A stretch of DNA of 64,000 nt. Origin: Leptogorgia sarmentosa (Eukaryota). The notes under the pieces are model-generated. The model did not search any database. It saw only the letters and a list, made by a program, of their open reading frames with translations, and was not told where the DNA came from. How positions within the stretch are numbered: position 1 is the stretch's first letter; every line of letters starts with the position of its first letter. The position numbers and the translations under genes were made by a program. The stretch lies in contig OZ210885.1 in the NCBI GenBank assembly GCA_964658305.1, positions 17,484,001-17,548,000 of the forward strand, given 5' to 3'. Below are positions 48,204 through 59,466 of this stretch, one piece after another.

Positions 48204-51200
48204 ATGAATCATGCTGCTGCTCAAACGGAGCCTGCAATAGTGGGAGAAATTTCGCGCAAACTGACCATAGCGAGTGATGATAGAGAGCGCTCCAGAAGGG
48301 ACATGTCACTGAAACTGAAGAGTGACATAGCCAGAGGTGACAAACCTGTATATGAACGAAGGATTTACATTCAACTTCCAAAAGAAGACCAACATAAAGA
48401 TCATGCTATTGGAGAGGTTTGTCTGCTACAGTGTAATGATGACAAACGTGCACTTCGAAAATCGGACTCTAATTCAGTGCAACGTCTACGAAAAAGTGTT
48501 CAGTACACTCAATAGATAGAAAGTCTCAATAAGTTAATGTCCATGCCGAATTAGTGAATCAGTGCTCTTCTGAGTCTATTCATATCACGCATAAGCTGTT
48601 AAAACTTGGAGGAACGTTATATCTAACAAGTAAAATACGTAAAAATTTTATAGGTTGGCGGTATTCTCCAGCCCATTGACAAAGTGCTGACTAAGAAGAT
48701 TGAACTTCTTGTTGGTGAAGGCGTTAAAACGGTAGATGAAATGAAAAGACACCTAAAGAGCTACGTGAAGAACAAGTTATTTGCATCGGAGAAACCACCA
48801 CCTCCAACAAACAGGAGATACTACCCAACAGACACAGACATTAGAAATTGCATTTATCGAGCGTCTGTGAAGTTCATATTGTCCAAAATTGATCAGGAGA
48901 ACCTTGAGAAGAATATCGACGTATGGCTTGAAAGATATCCGGACGACTATTTCTTTTTTAGACCGTGCATTGTATCTCCCGGGAATCCTGCGTCGGAAGG
49001 TGATAGTGAAGTAGAGGCCGATATTACTCAACATCTATTGTTTGTTCATCAAACTGCGTGGCAGAAACGTCTTTTAGCACGATATGGTAACGAGATCACG
49101 CTGCTTGACGCTAATTACAAAACAATGCGATACGAATTACCACTATTTTTTATCGTCGTGAAAACAAATGTAAATTATTTGGTTGTTGGAAGTTTTATAG
49201 TCCAAAAAGAGACAACAGCGTCAATAGAAGAAGCTCTCGGAATGTTAAGATGCTGGAATCATTCATGGGAGCCCAAATACTTTATGACTGACTTCTGCAA
49301 AATTTTATGACTGACTTTGGCGGCAAAATTTAAAGCCTATCAAAATGGATGACGTTCTTGACAGATTGACTTGAGATTTACTGCAAAACAATTCAAACAT
49401 GGAATTCAATACAGAAAATTAGTTTATTGAAATGCTTTTTGCATGAAAAACCTCACCTTTGCTTGTTTGGATCAGCCATACCGGATAAAAACGCAGAAAC
49501 AACCAGACGTTGTCAAGACAGCGTCAAATTGTACGAAATGGCGTCGTCCGGAGAACGCCAACGTCTTGACGCCGTATGTTTGTAAATATTTTATGATAAT
49601 TATTTTAAATTATGCGATAATCAAGTCTTATCTCGTCGCCATCGCCACTTCCCGTCACGTTGCCAAACTCCCTATTAACACGATTGAAAATACTTTCACA
49701 GGTAAGAATATTTAATACATTAATACATATATACTTCGAAAAACAATAACATTTTGTTTGAAATATTTCTAAAATATTTCAAAATACTCAGTGGTACCCG
49801 TATTTTCAGTACAAAATTCCACTGTTTATTGTTGTATAGCGTAGAATACATTATTGGTGTAGAAAATAATTACCATGCAGTTGTTGAAAACATATTAATA
49901 AATTTTCTTAATAAAAAATAATAAATCGATGCGAACTAACTGGGCTGTAGTTTGCCATTTTGGCTGTATCGCTACTAGCAACTGAGTGTTAGTTTTTTCG
50001 AGACCGCGGGCATACACTACGAATTCCTGGGACGATGTCAATGGATGTTAGTCGTATTCTTTATCGATAGCCCATTCACTTGGATATTTTTGCCAAATTA
50101 AATCAACTCACTTGCCTTATTTTGTCAGACACTACGACCTACATATGTGATTTTCACCGCGAACAATGTTGGGAGAGGTGGCTTCGCAAAACTGACAATG
50201 GGTTGTCAAAAAGCAAAGAAAAAGTCCTGCCGTTACTTTGCAACGTTGCTACGTCCACAACGGAAAAAGAGTTTGAAGAGAATGTGAAACTCCTAAAGAA
50301 ACAAAACTTTTGGCTGACGAGTCCCAAACTACGAAGGTGGTTTGGAAACACGTGGCTGGTGGAGGCCAAGGTATACCATTCTCTGTAATGTAATAAATAT
50401 CTGTTGTTTATATTGAATCAATAAGAAGCTTAGGGGCTGATTACATGAACCATAATGTAATGAAATTTTAGCCTAACTGATTAAGTATGGCAATGAGTTG
50501 AATTGTAAACATGTAAACTTTAGAAAAGCTTGAAAATAATTTAGAACATAATTTTAAAAAAAGCTAACTGTACATCTTTAACTGTGCATCTGAATTAGGC
50601 CATCTGTAGTAACAAGTGTATTATCTGTCAAAATTTCTATACATCTTAACTGTACTTACTGCTTTATATTGGACTTTATAGAGATGGGTGTGGGCATTCA
50701 GACAGAACAGATTCATGGTCAATATCAACACCAACAATGGGATAGAACGGCAAAATGAGTCGTTCAAGTACCAATATCTGAAGCGAAACATGCAATTGAA
50801 AAAGCCTCAGTGCAATGATAACGATTTTATTAGAAGAGTTTCTCCCTGATAAACTTAACAGGTGAATAATATCCTATTTCGAATTCGTCCAGACAGACCA
50901 TTGCGAATCACCATGCAACAAAGCGCATAATAACATAGATATGGACCGTTAATACGGAGAAAATATTTTCATTCTTGTATTTTAGATATTTGGAGCTGAA
51001 CACAAGATGCAGCGATCAATATCGACGCTATAACACCGCTCTCCCAAAATACCTGCACAATAAACCCTGTCAATTATTAGAACACTGCATGAAATGGATA
51101 ACATCAGCGGAAGAATTTCAACTCAGTGATATTAAAGAAGTTGACAACCAGTGTGGAGTGTTTGAAATAAAGGCAAAGTCAAAGGATTGTTGGTACAATC

Positions 51201-53005
51201 TGTCATTTGCTTCGGGAGATATAATGCCCAATTGTGAATGCTTAGATTTTGGACGAAATGGTCTGCCATGTAAGCATTTTTTTGCAGTGTTCAATCACTT
51301 TCCTGGGTGGCAATGGGATTCACTACCAAAGAAATACCGTGAAAATCCTCACATCTCCTTAGACCAAGATTTACTCTTTAGTTGTCCATTGAATGACGAA
51401 CATACTGCGTATGAAGAAACATCTCGTCATCCGTTAAAAGAAAAAAAACAAAGCAATAAAGTCAGCAACACTCCTGGCACAGCTGAAGCTACAATACGGC
51501 AACAACAAATGAAATGCAGGGAAGTTTTGAAAGAACTGACAACATTAACATATAATGTTTATGATCTAGAAGCTCTGGAAAATCTTACGACTGGTTTAAA
51601 ACCGCTTTTGTACAACTTTGAACGTAACCAGCTTACTGATGAAAAAGAAAATTTTGAAACTGAAAAAAAGGAAGTGGCGACAGATATGAACATGAAGATA
51701 TGCATAGAAAACAAAGACATCTCAAATGTAAAGAAAAAATAAAAAATATGTTGTTCCAAACCAGACAAAAAATACCTTTCGCTACCAGTCAGACAGAAGA
51801 AAAACCAATACAATAAGCGATCTGGAGCACATGCATCTATGATGCGCAAACAGTACAAAATCGATCTCTCAGTGGATGATGACTTTGAACCCAAGAAAAA
51901 AAAGAAGTTACAACCAAAGAAAAGCTGCATACTACCACAAGAGACGACTATGCCATGCTATTCAAACCAACAACGCCAACTTGACGTGAAAGATACAAAA
52001 TTGAGGGGTAATATACCACACTTTACCCAGATACCTGATACAATAGCTGAAGATACATCTGTAATCCCGGAAACATTCGCTTAATTTGCTTGTCCTCATG
52101 ATCAAAGTCCTTTCACCAACGCATCACAACTAATGCAAAATAAGTTCAGTGAAGAATCGGTAGTCTTCACCAATCTTTCCATCAAATCATCCCCATCCAT
52201 CACAATTGATGAAAACTCACCTGACCCTGTGGTGTGGACTTCAATAGAGAACAGCCATGATACAGGTGATGAAGTCCCTTTGGTTTTGTACAGTACAACC
52301 AAACTAAGGCTACTAGACAAGCATACTTGGTTGAATAATACAGAAATCTGCGCTGGTCAAGCATTACTTAAGAACAAGTTTCCAAATATAGATGGTCTCA
52401 GAGATCCTTCCAAATATTGTGTAGAAGTTACCCCTGCCAAATCTCCATTCATTCAATTACTTAATACTGGAGGACACTGGGTTTGCTGCACGACGATTTC
52501 AACAAAACCTAACTTGGGCACAGTCAGAGTTCTCGACAGCCTATACAACAGGCCAAGTTCACATGTTATTGAGCATTCTTGTTGCTTGCTGAGACATTCT
52601 GGTAGTACAATGACATTCCTGAATGAAAAAGTGCAGAAACAAATAGGTGTCAGTGAATGTGGTCTATTTGCATTGGCATTTGCCACAGATTTATGCTATG
52701 GCTTGGACCCAGCAAATTAACACTATGAGCAAACTACCATGCGCCAGCACTATGTCACTTGCCTTGAATCTAAAGCCATGGTCCCCTTCCCTAAGACAAC
52801 AAAGAGAGTTCCACGCCATGTGGCTTGCATAAAAACACAAGTGGATATTTTCTGTATATGCAGACAACCAGATGATCATTATCAGATGAGCAATATATTC
52901 TTCCGTTGCCGAGAATGGTACCATCCAACATGTGCTGATATTCCAACAACAGTTATCAACTCGAAGAAGAGGTGGAGGTGTAGAAAATGTTTAGTTTCCC
53001 CCTGA
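48204..53005 (+). pseudogene. CARF-like/MULE transposase with SWIM, Ulp1-type cysteine protease and PHD finger, degenerate multi-exon gene
   Basis: LLDANYKT, FMTD, CDFH, TNNGIERQN, CECLDF..LPCKH, GHWV/LDSLY/QKQ..ECGLFA, CICRQP..WYHPTC..WRCRKC; several stops and frameshifts, insertion near 49300-49677. Confidence 0.8.
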
Positions 53006-53119
53006 ATAATTTTTTATGAGGGTAATAATGAGCATTGGCCAGTATGGATAAATAAGTTTACCATACAGATAATGTCAGATATCAAGTAAGTTTATCAAGA
53101 AGTTAGTAGGAAAAATCAG

Positions 53120-53227
53120 GGGCCGGTTGTATCAAAGGTGTTTAGCTTAAACGGTGGATAAGCAAGATTTTAAAAACACTCCTATTCATTTTGTAAATAA
53201 TTGAACCTAAATTGATACAACCGCCCC
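53120..53227. mobile_element. PIF/Harbinger-type MITE
   Basis: TIR GGGCCGGTTGTATCAA / TTGATACAACCGCCCC; 3-bp TSD CAG. Confidence 0.72.
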
Positions 53228-53645
53228 CAGATTTAAATTTACATTCAATTTGATCAGTGGGTTTTTCAGTGCAGACAAGTTTAATTCTTCGAATCCAGAT
53301 TTTTAACATTCAATAGTATCTTTTATCTGGAGGTTCTAGATCTATTATTAATATGTACAGGCAAAAATATACTTACCTAAAAAGCCAAAGTGTACAATTT
53401 TATCGGTTCAAAATTGCAATTAAACTCCATAGTATATAATTGTTATTTTCGCCTTCGTTTTGGGGTGGTAGAGTATTTCGACGGCGAAGTACGACTGATT
53501 CGAAGCCGAAGATATTCAGTCGTAAAAAAATGACTTCATGTCATTTTGATGGTTGGAAACAAGTGACGACCTGTTTAAACGCGCTTTTGCAAATCACTCT
53601 TCACGATCGAAAGTTCAACGGAATATCTCTATTTCTACAACAAAA

Positions 53646-56200
53646 ATGACCTCAAATGAATGTGCGAATGCGGGTTTTTTTCAAGGAAGAGAATTCTCCT
53701 CGTTCGAGGAAATAAATCGCGAGATTTCGGAGTACGAAAAACGGTTCTTCGTAAACCTTTATATTCGTAGTTCTCGTAGCATCGAGTCTGCCAAGCGACG
53801 GGTGGGCAACAAAGTATTTTGTGAAGATTTACAGTTTAGTGAATTGGATTTCTTCTGCAAGGAAGGGGGAAGAAAGATTGTGTCCAAATCCAAGGGAATA
53901 AGACCAAATCAAAGGTAGATCGTGTGTGAATACTCAATTTTGGGTCCTTGTTTGTCTGATATTTGCGCATTCCTTGTTTGATAAGAAATGCTAATTAAGA
54001 AGATTTTAGATGACGTCATTATAGCATGACGTCATTTTGATCATTTATATTAAGTTTTTAAGTGTCAAGCAGTTGTAAAACAAATGAAATCTATTGGTAA
54101 ACTATTTAACACACAGGTAAATTATGAGCCTGTTGTTTAACAAGATTGAACAATGTTGTGTGGCCCACATTGTTCACACTTGTCAACAATATTGTTCAGC
54201 TCGAATTGGGTGTAACAATATTGTTCAATATTGTTGACAATAGGGTAACAAAGCTATAAAAAATGAAATAATATAAGATATATAAGAAATTTGGTTAAAA
54301 AAAATTCTTAATTATAGTACGTATCTCAAAGACTGTCCTTGTCATATCAAGTTGAGAACTTCAGCAGATGGAAAGAAATTAGTCATCAAATCACAATGCT
54401 TGGAACACAATCACAAGAGGACAGAGGTTAGTCTGAAAACTAAAGACTACTTCGCAACTCATTACATTGAATTTATTTTATATTCTGAAAGATCCTGAAG
54501 GGGCTACACCAAAAAACCTATTACAGTACCAGTTTTGTTTTAGAATATTTTTAAAAGCATGCCAAAGCAATGTCGTTTGATTGGTGAGGAGAAAGAAAAT
54601 GCTGAAAAGATGCTCAGCATAAAGTCTAATAAGAAGCTTCTACAGAAACACATCAAGAATGCTGTTGGAAAAAATGTTGTGCTCAAAGACCTATCTTAAT
54701 GCCAAAAACAAACCCAAAAAAGGAAATGATTTTGAACAAATTCTCAAGGAGATGAAAGAGTATCCAAGTACTGTAAGTGTCTGTACCATAATGCAACTCG
54801 AATTGCAAAAAAAAATTATTGACAACGGTCCAGGATATTTGCCCTGTAATGGCCAACCCCAAACAGATAATTTAGTTAATCTGAAGGGCTGCTACACAAG
54901 CTATTTTTTTTTATTTAGATGCCAGTATAGAGATTTGTGTCGACAAAGAAAATGTTGTACAGGCAATATACTTTCAAACCGAGGAAATGAGAAAAACATT
55001 TGCAGCCTTTCCTGAACTTCTCTTCATTGATGCCACATACAAACTAAATGATTTGCGAATGCCTGTTTACGTAATGCTCGTCGAAGATGGTAATGGAGAA
55101 AGTGAAATAGTTTGTATTTGGATTGTCAATCAAGAGGATAAACAAACTATAACAAAAATGATGGAGTCTTTCAAAAAGCATAATGGCAACTGGGAGAAAG
55201 TAGAATGCATCATAAGTGACAAAGATATGACAGAAAGGCAAGTATTGAAGGAGCAACTTCCACAAGCTGATTTACAGATATGCTTGTTTCATGTGCTCAA
55301 AGCAATGAGGAGAGAGGTAACAGCAGCGAAACTTGGAATTTCCCAAGCAGAACGTCAATTGGCTCTGGAAATACTAACAAAAATTGTTTACTCAAAAACT
55401 GAAGCGTCCTACCAGGAACTAAAGAAACAACTAGAAGATAGCATCAGGCTCTTCTAACTTTCTAAATAGAACAAACAACCGTTTGGAAAGTATAAATGCG
55501 AAACTAAAAAGTGTGGTTACGAGGTACTCTGACATAGTATCATTCTTCCAAGATCTAATGAAGTGCATTGCTTCATTAAAAACAGAACAAAATCAGAGAG
55601 CTGTGAACACAATTTGCAAAACTCCAGTGACCAGTTATCGGACAGAGCCCCACAAAGAGTATGGAAAACTGCTCACACCATTTGCCTATTCATATGTGAA
55701 GAAGGAACTTGACAAAGCAGAACAGGCTGAGGTATTGACGGTGGGCGGTGGCAGTGTGTGTATAAAAATTGGCCAAACTGAAACTGAACTTGCAGAAAAT
55801 AATTGTAAATGTACATTTTTTACTTCAATGAAACTGCCCTGTAGGCATATCATTGCAAGTAAGAAACATGCTGGCAAAAGCTTATTTGATGAGACTGTGT
55901 GCTGACAGATGGAAAATTAGACACTACAAGAAAAGTCAGAGTACTCAACCCCTCCACAGGAAATCCTTTGTCTGAAGGTCACTCATTGTTGGAGCTATCA
56001 GTCTTGAAGAGCTGCAATAAACGTACCATGACAGAGCAAGAGAAATATAGAGGCATTCAAAACTTTGCAAGGTGTTGCTGAGCAAATGTCACATCTTGGA
56101 ACTGACGATTTCCTCGCTAACACGGAAGCATTAAAAAAATTACAAACAGAACTAGCTGCCGGAAGGAGAATTACGCTAAAAGATGATGCTGGCCAACAAG
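53646..56200 (+). pseudogene. ZSWIM1/3-like MULE transposase, degenerate multi-exon gene
   Basis: FSSFEE..CKEGG..IRPNQ, FPELLFIDATYK, ISDKDMTER, ICLFH, TNNRLESIN, CKCTFF..LPCRH; internal deletion near 55440 and frameshifts. Confidence 0.82.
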
Positions 56201-56574
56201 GTTGGTCACTAGCATGTATAGTTTCATTTGTTTGTAATTTTATATATCTGGACTGTATTACTGTATTTAATTTCACAGTAAAAAGATCTAGTGACGAACC
56301 AACCAACCAACCATAGATTTATATTACGTATAACTCCAATGTGATTTCTAAATGTTCTTTTATGTAGAATGTGTAAGTGTATGCACACAAACAGACTGTG
56401 TCCTGGTCCAGGAAACTCCCACAGTGCTCCCTCATGATGAAGACAATGGGAATGCACCAGAAGAGTCGCACCAGAAGAAATCCTCAAATAAATCATGCTC
56501 TGAAGGTATACTGAAAAACATTGTGGTATATATGATGTTATTAGCAGGGATCAATATAACACGAAATATATTTT

Positions 56575-57855
56575 TAGAAAGAAATTTCACCTTGGCTCGG
56601 AGATATTCTTTACAGCGTAATAACCACGCAACCGCGCATTTCAACTTCCACCAGCTGGAGTGATGTGAGACCAACTGCTCCAAGACGTTACTTCGCATGG
56701 TGGTCACGTAAATCTGGGCTTCCTTTCTCACTTCGGGGTCATCAGGCATCAAATCCGGGACTTGGACCATCGTGGGCCAGTGGGTTTCATCCCTCAACAG
56801 AAACTCAGGACCATTTAGCCACCGATCATTAGATATCATAGCGTCCAATTTGACTCCCTTGGAACCGTCGTCTGCAGGGTTGACATCTCGGTTCACGTAC
56901 ATCCACTGAGAGGGATCAGAACCACTGCGAATTACTGTCAGGCGGTTGGATTCAAAGGTGTGGAATCTCTTGCTTTTGTTATTAATGCACTTCAGGACCG
57001 ACATCGAATCTGTCCAATAGTAAATTCTTTGTATCTCCAGGTCCAACTCTTCTTGGATGATCTTGGAAAGTCTCACGGAGATGACTGCAGCGGTTAGTTC
57101 CAATCTTGGAATTGAAATCTCTCGTAAGGGGGCAAGCCTAGCCTTTCCCATGACAAACGCACAATGAATCTGTTCATTGGTATCCTCTAAACGGAGGTAT
57201 GCAACTGCCAAGTAGCCAAGTCGCGAGGCGTCTGAGAAGAGGTGAAGCTGTATTTCTCTGACGACGCCAAATCCAACGGGTTTGAAACAGCGATCTACAC
57301 GTATTGCTTGTAACCTTGGAAGGTCAGTCAACCATCGTTTCCATTGCGCTTTCTCGTTTTCTTGAAGTGGATCGTCCCATCCAACTCCCTTTCTACATAA
57401 CATCTGCAGCAACAACTTCGCTTTCATTACGTAGGGTGCAATAAACCCCAAAGGATCGAAGAGTGGATAAACAGCTGATACGATCGCTCGCCGAGTGACA
57501 GAAGCTTCGTTTACTAATTGCAACATTTTCTCCGATACATCCCACACGAATTTATCTTCTTCGGTATTCCACTATGTCCTTTACTGCATCCTTCTACTAG
57601 ACATTTGAAATGAATTTTAGGACATTTTCGTGCATAATGGCCTTCGCTGAGACACTTAAGACAAAGTTCTCGTTGTTGCACAACTTTCTTCTTCTCTTGA
57701 TAGGAAAGCTTCTTGAACTTATCGCATCTCCAAATTCTATGATTGCCAGAACACATCGCGCATCGTAACGAATTCCCCTTTTTCGTCTTTATGACTCTGT
57801 CGATCATCCACTCTGGAAGCAAATAACGATGATCTCCAAGATGATCCGCAAAAGA
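56575..57855 (-). mobile_element. BEL/Pao LTR retrotransposon fragments (gag Zn knuckles fused by deletion to the RNase H/A17 region)
   Basis: CAMCSGNHRIWRC, CLKCLSEGHYARKC, CLVEGCSKGH; FDPLG, LHLFSDAS, IPRLEL, WTDS, NPAD. Confidence 0.88.
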
Positions 57856-58819
57856 GCTTAGCAAAATGTTATTCGTGACCATTGGCGCAAGCCAGTTGCT
57901 CTTGTGTGCGGGCGACGCATGTAGAGATTTTGGTCATTTGTGACATGGAAGAAAAAAATCAAACATGTTTGATAATTTTGGTCACGAATGGTCAAATGCT
58001 TCGCGTGTGCGGGGAATGAAGGCACTTTGCTTACGGTTTGCTCATAAAGCGCATGCGTCGTTCTTCAAAATAAAAATGCAAGATGGCCGATTCAGACGAT
58101 GAAGAAGAAACGTTATTGCTATTCATTCTGCTTTTGCGTCGCCGACAGCGTCGTGTGAAGGCTTTAAGCCGCAATACATGGACAAAACGTTGGATAATGA
58201 GAAGGCAAATACAAGGAGCTTACGCCAATTTAATTACGGAATTAAATGTTGAAGACCCCGAAAAATTTCGGCAGTTCCATCGATTAGAAAGGCAGCATTT
58301 CGAGGAAATTTTGACCATAGTTTCTCCCGTCATTTCAAAACGTGACACTTCAATGCGATCGGCAATCAGCTCAAGAGAACGTCTTTCTATCAGGCTCCGT
58401 TTTCTTGCAACAGGTATATTCTTTTGTATAAATGATAATCACATGGACTTAAAATCAGTATGACCAGACCTGGTATTTTTTTTTTTACATATTCGGTCGA
58501 TTGCACCTCCCCCTGCTTTAAATGATAGCAACACTACGAATAGGATGAGGCGTCCAATCACAAATTTGGGGAAAAAATGTGCATATGTGGTCACACTGAT
58601 TAAAATCATGTTTTATTGACAGCATATATTTAAGAAATATAAAATATTTTCTGTGTTGATGATATACAGTTAAATCAACACAAGTCATCAGTGGAAATTG
58701 GTAAAACGAGAAATTGTGTGGAAGCACATCGTCTGCTGGGCAGAGTGTTTTCACACAATTTTGAGTTTTTCCAATTTCCAGGAGTGTTGATATAACTGTA
58801 TAAAAAAACAAATAAAATA

Positions 58820-58967
58820 CAGTGGCGAAGCCAGCCCGACATTTGGTCATGCAAATGCAAATTTAAATCATTGTTATTCATTTCTTTTGAAATTGATTCC
58901 TTATACGGTCAAAAACACAGAAAAATTTGCATTTGCATGACCAAAAGTTGGCCTGGCTTCACCACTG
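58820..58967. mobile_element. hAT-type MITE in a Harbinger intron
   Basis: TIR CAGTGGCGAAGCCAG...GGTCATGCAAATGCAAATTT and its reverse complement; near-perfect 8-bp TSD ATAAAATA / ATAAAATT. Confidence 0.72.
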
Positions 58968-59466
58968 ATAAAATTTATATATTTCTTTTATAACATTCTT
59001 ATATAATAAGAAACGAGTTGCAGGATATTTTCTGTGTTGACATAGATTTATATATCAACATGGCTCTTAGCCAATCAGCATTTGGATTTACAAACACTAT
59101 ATTATATGCTCTTTAATAGGAGAGACTTTTAGAAGTTTATCTTACCAATACAGAGTGGGTGAACGAACAATATCAATAATCATCGAAGAAACTTGCCTTG
59201 CTATTTACTTATTAATGAAGGTGAACTATTTGAAGGTACTGTAGTAAGTTAGTATGAGTGTTTAAATAAAATTAATTGGCAAAGGATTATAGTTACTCCA
59301 CTAAAGCAATATTTAATATACAACAACTTTCAAAACTTTCAACAGCAAACATGACTAAAGGCAAAAATTACATCCTTTATATTATAACTTACATTTATAC
59401 CTTTGCAATAAATAAATTGTTCATTCATTTTAGGATAGTTCATAAATGTATTTGTAAATAAGTTCT

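Noticed and set aside
53646..56200. Host ZSWIM3 ortholog
   Set aside because: Frameshifted, internally deleted and embedded among TEs; better explained as a MULE remnant.
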